The notes: generated from the letters alone by a model not told the origin. Shown: positions 18,764 to 28,595, counted from the stretch's first letter. The stretch is 56,066 nucleotides of DNA from an uncultured Clostridia bacterium (GCA_944376445.1 CALWCR010000131.1:1-56066); one strand, 5' to 3'. Program-made: numbers and translations.

Positions 18764-19812
18764 CATTCATCCCCCTCTTCTGCCGCCGTAACGGTGACGA
18801 TGCAGGTAAGCTCCCTGCCGTTGACGCTCGCCGTGATGATCGCGGTGCCTTCCGCCGCGGCAGTGACGAGCCCGCTTTCGCTCACCGAAGCCACTTGTTC
18901 GGCGTCGCTTGTATATGTGACGCCCGAAGCGACGCTCTCGTCGATCGCGTTCGTCACCGAAAGCTGCAGCGTTTCGCCCGCCTTGACGGCCGCCGACTTA
19001 TAGTTAAGAACGTACAGCGCGCGCACGTTCACCGTGCAGACAAAGCGCTGACCGTCCGCTTCCGCATAAATTTCCGCCGTCCCTTCCGACAGGGCGGTCA
19101 CGTTGCCCTCTGCGTCCACCGACGCCACGGCGGGGTCGGAAGAAGAGAAGCTGACCGCGCATTCCCTCTCGGGAAGGACTTCGAGCGTAAGTTTCGCTTC
19201 CGCCGTCTCATAAAGGTCGAGCGAAGCGTCGCTGAGCGTATAGACAAAATCGCGCACCGTATCCGACACATACACTTCGCAGACGAGCTTGGTCTCTCCG
19301 ACGTCCGCCATGATGGTGGCTGCGCCTTCCGCGACCCCCGTCACCTTCCCGTCCTGCGAGACGGAAGCGACGGCCGTATCGGACGAAGAATAGGTCACGC
19401 TGAACTCTTTCTGCGGCGTAACGGACGCCTGCAAGCCGACTTCTCCGCCCACGCCGACGATCGCCGCGCCGTAATTGAGGCTCCACACATAGCGCGCAGC
19501 CGTCACGCGCACCTTGCACACGAGCGCCGTGCCGTCCGCCGTCGCCGTGATGTCGGCGTTGCCCGCCGCCACCGCCGTGACCGTGCCGTCCGCCGAGACT
19601 TCCGCCACGGCGGGATCGGAACTTTCATAGACGACTGAAAATTCCTGTTCGGGGTCCGAAGTCACGCTGAGCTGCTGCTGCTGCCCGACGCTCATGGCGA
19701 GATTCGCATAGTTGAGCGTATAGGTATACGTTTCTGCATCGCCGCACGCGGACAGCCCGAAGAGGGCCGCCGCGCACAGCACGAGTGCAGCGAGAATGCT
19801 TTTCAGTTTCAT
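18763..19812 (-). CDS. Lipoprotein of four tandem bacterial Ig-like (Big_2) domains
   Basis: Lipobox LSAC; four ~80-aa repeats with SSDxxVAxVSxxGxVTAVxxGxAxI and ending CxVxV. Confidence 0.92.
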   Translation of the reverse strand: MKLKSILAALVLCAAALFGLSACGDAETYTYTLNYANLAMSVGQQQQLSVTSDPEQEFSVVYESSDPAVAEVSADGTVTAVAAGNADITATADGTALVCKVRVTAARYVWSLNYGAAIVGVGGEVGLQASVTPQKEFSVTYSSSDTAVASVSQDGKVTGVAEGAATIMADVGETKLVCEVYVSDTVRDFVYTLSDASLDLYETAEAKLTLEVLPERECAVSFSSSDPAVASVDAEGNVTALSEGTAEIYAEADGQRFVCTVNVRALYVLNYKSAAVKAGETLQLSVTNAIDESVASGVTYTSDAEQVASVSESGLVTAAAEGTAIITASVNGRELTCIVTVTAAEEGDE

Positions 19813-19828
19813 ATTTTCCTCCCTTGGA

Positions 19829-22800
19829 TCAATCGGAAGCCGCGCCCGTGACGGCGACTGCCGCCAAAGACACGTTCCCCGTCGAAGCGTCCTGCGCCCG
19901 GATGCGTATCATGACCGAAGTGACGCCTTCCGCCTGTACGTCGATGACGATGCGCTTGGTCGCCGCGGGATCCCCGCCGCTGAACACGTCCGCCGAGCAC
20001 AGCGCTTCGCCCTGCGACCAGACGGTGAGTTGGTTCGCGTTCTTCCATGCGCCCGTATAGACGACGATATGTCTCGTATTTTCGTCCACGCGGATGTTGA
20101 TCGTGATGGTGCCGCTGCTCTGCGTGCCGTTATGCGTGTCCGTCTTGTTGCGGCCCCCCTCCGCGTCGTTATAGGTGAACCCGGTCGCGTAGTCGCCAAA
20201 TCCCATGCCGCCCGGCAGGAAGGATACGTTCGCGATCATGTCGGCGCCCTGCTTTTGGTCGGGGTCGGTGCCCGAATCGTGGAAATGCATCCAGTCGAGC
20301 GTCTGTTCGCCCGTGAACAGCTCGCGCGCGGTCATCGTAAGGTCTGCGCTTTCGGGCGCCTCTTCCGAGCTCTCGACGGAGGCCTTGATGCCCACCTTCG
20401 GCGCGGCGTCTGCCGCCTCGAACACCTCCGTCGCCGCTACCGCGCCGAAGAAGAATACGTTGGAAGGAGAAGCGGCGTGCACCTGGCTGCTCATCCCTTC
20501 TTCGAAGCCGACCTTCTCACTGGAAAGCATGGAATAGGTCACATACAGGATGCCGTCTTGACCTTCTTCCCGTTCGATGACTACCCTTTGCAGGAAGTTA
20601 CCGTCCCTGTTGCCGAAGCTCTCCGTTTGGATATGTTTGCCCGAACGGTCGCGCACGGTCACCTTTGCGGTGCACTGCGTGCCGCCGAGATAGAGGATGA
20701 AATACTTCGCCTCCGTCTTGGAGGTGTCGATGGTGAAGGCAAAATCCTTCTGCGAGACGATGCAGCTGAACGAGGTCTCGTAATCGGAAAGTTTTTTGAG
20801 GAACCCGACCGAAGAATCCGTCCAGATCTCATCGTAGATGGTCCCCGCGCCGTCGTCGTAAGACGTCGGCACGCCGAACACGCCGAGCCCACCCGCGTTG
20901 ACGTCGTTCACGGCGCCGTTATCGCCCACGGAGAGGAAGTCCGCGACGGCGGCCTGCGTCATGTCGACGTATTTGCCCGCCCCTTCCACTTTGAAAGAGA
21001 ACGCCGTCTCCGTCGCGTCGTAATTTGCCGTGTTGACCTTGGACGCGGTCATGTTTTCAAAGACAAATTCGATCTTGTATTCTTTATATACGGAACCCGA
21101 AAAACTGAATTCGTACAGATCCCCGTCGGCAGCGGCGCCGCTGAACGCAAAGGGCTGCGCGTCGCCGTCTTGCATATATTTGGCAAGGCTCACCGTCTTT
21201 CCGTTCAGTTTTACGGAAACGAGGCTGCCCCAGCCTTCGTTTTTATGGATACGGACGTTCCAGCGCCTGTCCGTGAAGGCGCGATCGCCCGAAAAATCCC
21301 CTTTCGCCGCGCCGATGGTCACGACCATCTTGCCGTCCGCATACGCCATCGAAATGTCCGTCGTGCGGTATTCGCCGTACTGATAGGCGTCGGTGGCGAC
21401 GTCGTCTTCATACAGGCGCGTATTTGCCGCGAAGTTGACGGACGGATAGACGTCGATGGTCATGTTGTCCCACACCTTTTCGCTCGTGTTGCTCATGTTC
21501 TCGGCAAGCACGACGAGGGCTCCTTCGCGCACGAAAACTGGCGAAGTCTCGATGGGATGGGTCACTTCGACCGTCGCGGGGCCGACAAAGCGCTCGCCGC
21601 TCCACACGTCTATCCAGCTGCCTTCGGGCAGGAATACCGTGCGGGTATCCGAAACGTTGCCGCTCGCGTCCTTTTCCGCCGTAGAGATGGGCGCGATGAG
21701 GATGTAATCGCCGAGCAGGTATTCGTCGTTGCGGGAAGCCTCGGCATACTGCGGATAGACGACGTCCAGTCTGCGTATGACGGGAAGCCCCGTGTCGTAA
21801 TTCTGCCGCGCGAGCTCGTAATAGAGCGGGAGCAGGCGGTAACGCATATCCTGATAGGTATGCGCGATCTCTTCGGCGGTCTCGCCGTAGATCCAGGGCA
21901 TACGCCCGGGCTGGCCGGACATATTCTTCATGCAGTGCACGCGGCAGATCGCCGAAAGCGCGCCGTACTGGAACCAGCGCCCGTACAGCTCGTTGGTGAC
22001 CGTCTGGTTGTGACCGCCGAGGTCGGAAGAGATATACGGGATGCCGACTTCCGCCCCGCCGAAGATCATCGCATAGATCTCCTGCGCGAGGTCGTCTTCA
22101 TCGGCGTGGATGTCGCCCGTCCACTGGATGGAATAGCGGTGCGCGACGATGTCGGAAGCATACGTCCAGACGCCGTGCTGGCAGCCGTCTATATTCGACA
22201 TCATCAGGGCGCGTTCGGCATAACCGTTGAGGTCCTTGACGCTCTGCAGATATTCGTCCGTCACCCAATTGTAGGCGTACATACCGAAAGCATAGACGGA
22301 AAGTTCGTCGTCTATCGGTTTGAGGGCGGTCGTCCAGTTGCGGTCATACCACCAATAATCGACGCCCAGGGAAAGGATGAGGGTCAGGTGCTCTTTGCGG
22401 AACTGCACCTCTTCTTTATCCAGGCTGTTTTCGGTATCCGCCAGCGGGTCGGGGTGGTCGTTGAAGCAGACGTTCACGCCGAGCTCGTGGCAGTCTTCCA
22501 AAAATCCCGCCATGTCGGGGAAGAGATCCGTATTGATCTCATAACCCGAACCGCTCGTGCCGTTGCGCCAGTCGGTATCGATGACCAGAACGTCGATCGC
22601 GTAGCCGCGGTAGGTGTAATCCTTGATCTGCTGCAGGGCAGTCTCGGAAGTATAGGCATAATAACGGGAATCCCAGAACCCGAGCATCTGCAGGGAGACC
22701 ATCTCCGAGCGGCCCGTCAGCTTGACATAGTCGCTCGTGAACTGCTCATAGCTCCCGCCGGGGAGGAAGACATAGGTGTCCACCGCGTCGCTGTCAAACT

Positions 22801-23413
22801 CCCAGCCCTGCAAGAGTTCGTCCGATTCGCCCGAATAGCCGTATTCGGAAGGGATCACGCGCGGGCTTTCGGTAAAATACCAGCTGCGCAGCTCGTCCGA
22901 AGGGCTGGGAAGATACACGTTCGTAGACGTCATTCCCGCAAACTCCCATAGGAGCCCGCTCTCCCCGTCCGTCACGAATACGTCTTCTACAGACTCGCAG
23001 CCGTCGGGGATATGAACGACATACGCCACGCCTTCGCCGTCCGCTTCTTTGACAAGGATCTGCGTCACGCCCTCGCCGCTTTTCAGGTCAAACACCGTCT
23101 TTTCCCATCCGCCGCGGTCGGGAACGAGATAGCTCGGCCTGTTTTCAAATTTCCCGTCGGAACGCTCCTCGATGCGCAGCACCGTGTCCGAAAGGAGCTG
23201 CACGCGGATGTCGCCCACTTTCACTTCGGAAACAGAGGACGCCTCCCCCGTCACTTCCTCCGCCGTAATGGTGTTTTCCGCGCTCAGGGTCACGCCGAAC
23301 ACTTTCGACATCGGCCCTTTGTCCGCCGCGCCGCACGCCGCCAGCATACAAAGCGAGCAGACGAGCGCCAGCAAAAGAAGGACGAGCGTCCGCTTTTTAG
23401 ATAGCCTCAACAT
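19829..23413 (-). CDS. GH31 alpha-glycosidase lipoprotein with a DUF5110-like domain and two C-terminal accessory domains
   Basis: Lipobox LAAC. GH31 motifs IDTDW, GVDYWWYDRNW (nucleophile Asp region), QWTGD (acid/base Asp), SSDLGG, RYRLLPLYY, LYEDD. Confidence 0.92.
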   Translation of the reverse strand: MLRLSKKRTLVLLLLALVCSLCMLAACGAADKGPMSKVFGVTLSAENTITAEEVTGEASSVSEVKVGDIRVQLLSDTVLRIEERSDGKFENRPSYLVPDRGGWEKTVFDLKSGEGVTQILVKEADGEGVAYVVHIPDGCESVEDVFVTDGESGLLWEFAGMTSTNVYLPSPSDELRSWYFTESPRVIPSEYGYSGESDELLQGWEFDSDAVDTYVFLPGGSYEQFTSDYVKLTGRSEMVSLQMLGFWDSRYYAYTSETALQQIKDYTYRGYAIDVLVIDTDWRNGTSGSGYEINTDLFPDMAGFLEDCHELGVNVCFNDHPDPLADTENSLDKEEVQFRKEHLTLILSLGVDYWWYDRNWTTALKPIDDELSVYAFGMYAYNWVTDEYLQSVKDLNGYAERALMMSNIDGCQHGVWTYASDIVAHRYSIQWTGDIHADEDDLAQEIYAMIFGGAEVGIPYISSDLGGHNQTVTNELYGRWFQYGALSAICRVHCMKNMSGQPGRMPWIYGETAEEIAHTYQDMRYRLLPLYYELARQNYDTGLPVIRRLDVVYPQYAEASRNDEYLLGDYILIAPISTAEKDASGNVSDTRTVFLPEGSWIDVWSGERFVGPATVEVTHPIETSPVFVREGALVVLAENMSNTSEKVWDNMTIDVYPSVNFAANTRLYEDDVATDAYQYGEYRTTDISMAYADGKMVVTIGAAKGDFSGDRAFTDRRWNVRIHKNEGWGSLVSVKLNGKTVSLAKYMQDGDAQPFAFSGAAADGDLYEFSFSGSVYKEYKIEFVFENMTASKVNTANYDATETAFSFKVEGAGKYVDMTQAAVADFLSVGDNGAVNDVNAGGLGVFGVPTSYDDGAGTIYDEIWTDSSVGFLKKLSDYETSFSCIVSQKDFAFTIDTSKTEAKYFILYLGGTQCTAKVTVRDRSGKHIQTESFGNRDGNFLQRVVIEREEGQDGILYVTYSMLSSEKVGFEEGMSSQVHAASPSNVFFFGAVAATEVFEAADAAPKVGIKASVESSEEAPESADLTMTARELFTGEQTLDWMHFHDSGTDPDQKQGADMIANVSFLPGGMGFGDYATGFTYNDAEGGRNKTDTHNGTQSSGTITINIRVDENTRHIVVYTGAWKNANQLTVWSQGEALCSADVFSGGDPAATKRIVIDVQAEGVTSVMIRIRAQDASTGNVSLAAVAVTGAASD

Positions 23414-23547
23414 ATTTTCCTCCTGACGATTTCATTGATTTCCTCCTTTATTTTCAAGCTCCCCGCGGCAATCACTGCCGCCGGGAGCTTATCCGCGATC
23501 ACGGCGGGCCCCCTTCTTTCTGCCCTGCGGCATTTCCGTAAATTTTG

Positions 23548-23591
23548 TCTGTATCTGTTGCCCCGCAACAGATACAGGGGGTACCCCCTGT
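23548..23591. promoter_or_regulatory. Overlapping inverted repeats in the leader of the GH31 operon (candidate operator or RNA structure)
   Basis: Hairpin ctgtatctgttgc-ccc-gcaacagatacag overlaps the perfect 18-bp palindrome acagggggtaccccctgt (23574-23591), which itself overlaps a minus-strand TTGACA at 23594-23589. Confidence 0.45.
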
Positions 23592-23812
23592 CAAAAATGT
23601 TTGAAATTCACATTTTTTTGGCAATTCTATCTCTATTGCCATTCTAACACATTTCACACAAGAATACAATATCAAAAATCCGCTTTTATATATCATAATT
23701 CTATCATTGGGCGCGTTTTTTGCATGGCGGTGACAAAGCGGATAATTTCTATACAAATTTATACAAATCATAGACAAAGCCCCCTCCGCGGGCTGCGGAA
23801 AGGGCTCTGCTT

Positions 23813-24637
23813 TCACAGGCTTTTGAATTTGAAGTTTCTGTCATATGCGCGGTAAAATGTCATTTTGGAGACGAAGCCGCACCGCTCGATGAGCTCGCTC
23901 AGGGGAACGCCGCGGTTGTTCGGGTCGTGATACATATAGATGACTTTCTGCACGCGGATGTCGTTGATGAAGATGCGAAGGTCGACGTCGATGTACTTCG
24001 TGATCAGCGCGGACAGCGTCTTGGGAGAATAGCCGAACACGTCGGCGATCTTTTGCAGCCCCAGGTCGCGGTCGGCGTAGTGATCGTAGATGTACTGCAC
24101 GACGTCGATGATGTTATAGCTGCTCCCGGGGTGTTCGATGTGTTTGCGGGAACTGAAACCGTAGCGCTTGACGATCTGCGCGAACACTTCCGCCGTCTTG
24201 GACACCTTTTCCAGTTCGCTCATCGTATCCCCGCGTTCGCGCACTTCTTCCAGGACGGGATACAAGTGCGCGAGGTTGAAATCTGCGTCCGTCAGCCAGC
24301 GGGCGGGCTCGTTCTGCGGATAGACCCTGTAAAATATATCCATATATTGTACGCCGACGTGAAAATAGGTGATGTCGGCGGGTTCTCCGACTTCGTAGGA
24401 GTGGCTTTCCAGGCGGTTGATGACGCACGCCTGCCCGTCCGTAAGGATCTTGTTTTCTCCGTTGACGAGGACGGACACCTGCCCGCGGTTGACGCAGTAC
24501 AGCTCTGTATTGCGGTGGAAATGCAGACAAAAGCCGTCCGTACTGTAACGCTCCGCCTTGAAACGCGAAGCGTAGTCGCGCTGGCGCTCGTCCTGGATCT
24601 GCAGCTCCTTTTTGTCTCTCGTGTTTTCCGTCTTCAT
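23813..24637 (-). CDS. AraC-family transcriptional regulator with N-terminal cupin domain
   Basis: LHFHRNTELYCV cupin motif; C-terminal HTH pair LQKIADVFGYS...CGFVSKMTFYRAY. Confidence 0.92.
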   Translation of the reverse strand: MKTENTRDKKELQIQDERQRDYASRFKAERYSTDGFCLHFHRNTELYCVNRGQVSVLVNGENKILTDGQACVINRLESHSYEVGEPADITYFHVGVQYMDIFYRVYPQNEPARWLTDADFNLAHLYPVLEEVRERGDTMSELEKVSKTAEVFAQIVKRYGFSSRKHIEHPGSSYNIIDVVQYIYDHYADRDLGLQKIADVFGYSPKTLSALITKYIDVDLRIFINDIRVQKVIYMYHDPNNRGVPLSELIERCGFVSKMTFYRAYDRNFKFKSL

Positions 24638-24643
24638 CGGCAG

Positions 24644-25474
24644 TCACTCCGAGAGCATCCGCTCAAACCGCTTTGCCCGTTCCAGAGCCAGCGCCGCATA
24701 CGCCTCAAACGGCATCGCGCGATAGGCGTCGTGCTCATGTCTTCCTTCCCTGCCTTCCAGCTTGACCTCAAAGGTGAGATCCCCTCTGTATGCGGCGGCC
24801 CGCAGGCGGGAGGCGATCCCCTGCCAGTCGGCGGCGCCGTCAAAGGGCAGAAGGTGCAGATCGTCCAGCCAAGTGATCGAATCTCCGCTCATGCCGAGAT
24901 TGTCGTTGAGATGGGTGCAATACAGTATGTCCGCGTATTTCCCGATCAGGTCATGGCAATGATCGTAGCACATCTCATGGCCCGTATCTATACAAAAGCG
25001 CACGAAGGGGTGTTCATGGAAACCAGTTAGGACGCAGTCGAGGTACGCCTCCCCTTCCGTGTTTTCCATGGCGACGGTGACGCCCGACTCCTCCGCCGCG
25101 GCGAAGATCTTGCCAAAATTTTCCAGCCCGCGCGCCTTGTCCGCCTCACTCGGGGCGATGTGCTCCATGCCGACGACGGCGTGCATGACGACGAGCCTGC
25201 ACCCCCACGCGGCGGCGTCGCGGATACAGCGGATCTGCCGCTGCGCTTCCGAAGCCCCCTCTTCCGACTCCCACAATCTGTCCGCCCCGTCATACGGCGC
25301 GTGCACCGATTGCAGCGCGAGCCCTTCTTTTTTGATCTTTCCGGCAAGCAGCCTGTCCTCGTCCTTTCCCGTCCAAGTGAAAAAAACGCCGTCCCAGCCT
25401 GCCCGTTTCAGGGCGGGAAGCTGCTCCTCCGCCGACGGCCCGCCCTTGACGATACTGATGATTTTCCTGTACAT
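24644..25474 (-). CDS. Sugar-phosphate isomerase/epimerase (AP_endonuc_2, IolE-like TIM barrel)
   Basis: Motifs SVHAP, VAMEN, FCIDTGH, THLNDN, DLHLLPFDG, TFEV. Start moved from 25708 to MYRKII at 25474. Confidence 0.9.
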   Translation of the reverse strand: MYRKIISIVKGGPSAEEQLPALKRAGWDGVFFTWTGKDEDRLLAGKIKKEGLALQSVHAPYDGADRLWESEEGASEAQRQIRCIRDAAAWGCRLVVMHAVVGMEHIAPSEADKARGLENFGKIFAAAEESGVTVAMENTEGEAYLDCVLTGFHEHPFVRFCIDTGHEMCYDHCHDLIGKYADILYCTHLNDNLGMSGDSITWLDDLHLLPFDGAADWQGIASRLRAAAYRGDLTFEVKLEGREGRHEHDAYRAMPFEAYAALALERAKRFERMLSE

Positions 25475-25501
25475 ACGGCAGCCCTTTTTCGTTTTTTCAA
25501 A

Positions 25502-25530
25502 ATGATAGCACAAATTTTCCCCGATTGCAA
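25502..25530 (-). promoter_or_regulatory. Putative sigmaA promoter for the isomerase-araC pair
   Basis: TTGCAA (25530-25525), 17-bp spacer, TATCAT (25507-25502) with an extended TG. Confidence 0.6.
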
Positions 25531-25607
25531 GAGGATGGGCCAAAATCTTTTTCATACGCCAAACCGCTCGGCGGCGCGGGAAAATTTTATTTTCGGAAAA
25601 ACAGATC

Positions 25608-25638
25608 TTGCGCCCGCTGCTTTTCGCAGCGGGCGCAA
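25608..25638 (-). terminator. Rho-independent terminator ending the locus-2 ABC operon
   Basis: ttgcgcccgctgc-ttttc-gcagcgggcgcaa, a 13-bp stem just past the permease stop, followed by a T-rich tract on the minus strand. Confidence 0.75.
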
Positions 25639-25649
25639 AGCGCATCCGG

Positions 25650-26483
25650 TCATTCCTTGACAGCCCCGCCCAAGATCCCATACATGAAATATTTGGACGT
25701 AAAAGCAAACAGCACGATAAGGGGGATCGTCGAGATCGTCATGCCGAGGATCCTTGTAGAATATTCTACCCGAAACAGCGATCCGAGCGTCGCAATGCCG
25801 ATCGGTACGGTATATAATTCTTTTCTCTTTAAGATCAGGAAAGGCCCCATATAATTATTCCAACAGCCGACAAAGCTCAACAGAGCCAAAGAGATCGCCG
25901 CGGGCAGCAAAAACGGAAACACGATCTGCACAAAAATACGCGCTTCGCCCGCGCCTTCCACGCGTGCGCTTTCGACAATATCCATGGAAACCGCGTTTTT
26001 TGCATACTGCATGAACCAAAATACGCCATACGTATTGCCCATTGCAGGAATAATGAAGGGCCAATAGGTATTGATCCAATTGAATTGTTTCATCTCCCAC
26101 ACCCACGCGATCGTACCTAAAGAACCGGGGAGCATGAGGGTCACAAAGACAAAATTGATCAAAAATTTCCTGCCCTTAAAACGGTAACAGCGAAGGGCGT
26201 AGCCGCCCATGCTGCACGAGGCGATAACGAGCAGCGTATTGGGAACGGCGATCGTCAAAGAATTGAGGAAATATCTGAAAAAGCCCGCATCCGACAGCAT
26301 CTTGAAATTTTCTGGAAACCGATCGCCGAACCAAAAATTCAGACGGAGAAACAATTCCGAATTTTTATGCGTACCCATCACGACCATGATATAGAAGGGC
26401 AGCAGCGTCGAAAGCGCAAACATCGTCAGGACACAATACCCGACCGTTTTTTGTATGATCCTGCTCCTTCGTCCCGTCTTCAT
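25650..26483 (-). CDS. Carbohydrate ABC transporter permease (MalG-like)
   Basis: TM helices, EAA-like DIVESARVEGAGE, C-terminal GILGGAVKE. Confidence 0.95.
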   Translation of the reverse strand: MKTGRRSRIIQKTVGYCVLTMFALSTLLPFYIMVVMGTHKNSELFLRLNFWFGDRFPENFKMLSDAGFFRYFLNSLTIAVPNTLLVIASCSMGGYALRCYRFKGRKFLINFVFVTLMLPGSLGTIAWVWEMKQFNWINTYWPFIIPAMGNTYGVFWFMQYAKNAVSMDIVESARVEGAGEARIFVQIVFPFLLPAAISLALLSFVGCWNNYMGPFLILKRKELYTVPIGIATLGSLFRVEYSTRILGMTISTIPLIVLFAFTSKYFMYGILGGAVKE

Positions 26484-26484
26484 A

Positions 26485-27483
26485 TCACAGTTCCTCCCCT
26501 CCGGTCATCAGCTTCATACTCACAAAGGAAAACAGCCCTATCACCAAAAACATCCCGTAACTCAACGCAGACGCATAGCCGTAATGGCTGTTAGTAAACG
26601 CCTCTTCCATGATCAGCATGAGCATCGTCAGGCACCCGCGGTCCGTGCCGCCGTACGGCAATCCGCCGGAAGGCCCCGAACTGAACAACAATACGGGCGC
26701 ATCGTACATCTGGAAACTGTTTATGAGCCCCGTGATGATGATAAAAACCATGACGTCCCTGATCGCCGGCATACATATTTTGATATATGTGGTAAGCGGC
26801 CCCGCACCGTCTATCGTAGCCGCTTCGACCACCGATTCGGATACGGATGCCAAAGCCGACGAAATAAACAGGACCGTACTGCCGAAGCTCGACCAGACGA
26901 TCAAAACGGAAAGCACGAAGCGGCAACCCCATGCGCTGCCCATCCAATATATATTCTCTTTGATGAACCCGAGCGCCAAAAGGACTTTATTGACCGTCCC
27001 GTTTTCATAGTCAAACAAGATCGACCACAAAAGCCCGATCGCAACGGGCGTCATCAATGCGGGCAGATAATATAAAACGCGAAAGATATGCTTTTTGCCG
27101 ATCAGCTTTTTATTGAGAAAATAACAGAGGAAAAGAGCGAGAAATATGCCGACGGGCATGGTGCATATGACGAGGATAAACGTATTCAAAAGCGACTGAT
27201 AAAATCTCGGATCGGCAGAATAATCGAAAAAACGCAGATAATTCGCAAAACCGTTAAAGGTCATCTTGCCGAATCCGTCCCACTCCGTAAAACTGACCGC
27301 CAACGTAAAAACCATACTGAAGAGCGTGAACATACAGTATGTTATAAAAAACGGAGCGCAGAAGAAATAAGGCGCAAGTTTTATGCCGGATATTTTTCTT
27401 CCGTTCTTTTCGGGGCGCCGCGTATCCGCGGCGCCCCTTCCTTCTTTACATACCGCACGATCTTCGGCGTATGTCGTCTTCAC
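26485..27483 (-). CDS. Carbohydrate ABC transporter permease (MalF-like)
   Basis: SFTEWDG...GFANY and VEAATIDGAG. GTG start at 27483 after a GGAGG RBS; the ORF-track start at 27660 overlaps GH26. Confidence 0.93.
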   Translation of the reverse strand: MKTTYAEDRAVCKEGRGAADTRRPEKNGRKISGIKLAPYFFCAPFFITYCMFTLFSMVFTLAVSFTEWDGFGKMTFNGFANYLRFFDYSADPRFYQSLLNTFILVICTMPVGIFLALFLCYFLNKKLIGKKHIFRVLYYLPALMTPVAIGLLWSILFDYENGTVNKVLLALGFIKENIYWMGSAWGCRFVLSVLIVWSSFGSTVLFISSALASVSESVVEAATIDGAGPLTTYIKICMPAIRDVMVFIIITGLINSFQMYDAPVLLFSSGPSGGLPYGGTDRGCLTMLMLIMEEAFTNSHYGYASALSYGMFLVIGLFSFVSMKLMTGGEEL

Positions 27484-27497
27484 CTTCCCCCTCCTTT

Positions 27498-28565
27498 CTA
27501 ATAACCGTAGATCAGGGACGTGAGCGTCTCCTTGTCGGCAGAATGCAGATAAACGGGATCTGCAAGTTCCCTGCGGTATGCCGACACGATCTCTTCCGTC
27601 GCATCTTCCATGCGCGCATCTCCCCAATCCTGCCACTGCGGATAGTCTGTCCACCGCCAATTGATATAACAGGTCCCCTTGATCACGGGATGACTGCGGA
27701 CAAACGCGAAATACTTTTCAAACCATTCCTCCCAACCCTGACCTTTGGTAATATCATACGAATGCGGCGTAGCTTCGGTGATCATTACGGGCTTTTTATG
27801 CAACTGCGCCGTAGAAAGGAACGATTCCGTGTTTTCCCTGTCTATGCTGGAAGCTCTAAAAATATCGATCGCCCACCAATCCACATACTCGTCGCCCGGA
27901 TAATATTTGATAAAATCCGTCTCCTTTGCGTCGGGATTATAGCACCATAAAAACGCCAGATTGTCCGCGCCGGTCTCTTCGGCAAGTTCATGGAAACGGA
28001 TAAACGCACGCTTGTAGATCTCCCCGTCCGTATAGCCGTTCCATTCACCGTTGAACTCAAACCCGGGCCGCACATAGACGGGGCGGTCAAAACCCTTTAA
28101 AACCTGCAGCAGCGCCTTCACTTCCGCATCCATCTTGCCGTCGGCGATCTCATCATAATAGCATTCATCGGGATTTTCATCCTTGTTGAAGTGCACGCCG
28201 ATCTGCAAAAAGATGTATTGGTCATCACTGTAAATACTGAGCCCCTTTTTCATCTGCTCGGCCCAATCGAAATACTTGTGATGCGGCGCCACATATCCCA
28301 TCGAAATACACGGCATTTCATCTTCGCCCATTACGCCGACATAATTATCGAATGTCGCCGTGATCCCGCTCTGGTCTTGCCCCGCGCCGTGCAATATGTA
28401 ATTGCCCTTCGGCTCAAATTTTGCGCCGAAATTCACGCGGGGCATATACTCGCTGTCAATATCGTAATTGTAGTCCATAAGCTCCTCGTTTTTTCCGTTC
28501 CCGCACCCCGCACACAGGCAGAAAAGCAAAACGGTGCATAAAAGAAAGATAATGATTTTTTTCAC
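27498..28565 (-). CDS. GH26 glycoside hydrolase lipoprotein with intact catalytic residues (probably a non-mannanase clade)
   Basis: Lipobox CAGC; RPGFEFNGEW (acid/base Glu); YYPGDEYVDWWAID; KPVMITE (nucleophile Glu). Confidence 0.88.
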   Translation of the reverse strand: MKKIIIFLLCTVLLFCLCAGCGNGKNEELMDYNYDIDSEYMPRVNFGAKFEPKGNYILHGAGQDQSGITATFDNYVGVMGEDEMPCISMGYVAPHHKYFDWAEQMKKGLSIYSDDQYIFLQIGVHFNKDENPDECYYDEIADGKMDAEVKALLQVLKGFDRPVYVRPGFEFNGEWNGYTDGEIYKRAFIRFHELAEETGADNLAFLWCYNPDAKETDFIKYYPGDEYVDWWAIDIFRASSIDRENTESFLSTAQLHKKPVMITEATPHSYDITKGQGWEEWFEKYFAFVRSHPVIKGTCYINWRWTDYPQWQDWGDARMEDATEEIVSAYRRELADPVYLHSADKETLTSLIYGY

Positions 28566-28595
28566 TTCAACGACCTCCGGCTGATACCGATCCCC

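Noticed and set aside
13973-22951. Long + strand ORFs of 1046, 617, 247 and 1051 aa
   Set aside because: Antisense to motif-supported SBP, lipoprotein and GH31 genes; no recognisable domains.
23435-23855. Small ORFs in the araC-GH31 intergenic region (70, 105 and 84 aa)
   Set aside because: AT-rich promoter and hairpin region; no motifs or convincing RBS.
25475-25708. N-terminal extensions from the ORF track (also 27660, 49866, 52405, 54834, 56036)
   Set aside because: They run through promoters, terminators or neighbouring genes; downstream starts have an RBS and family-typical N-termini.
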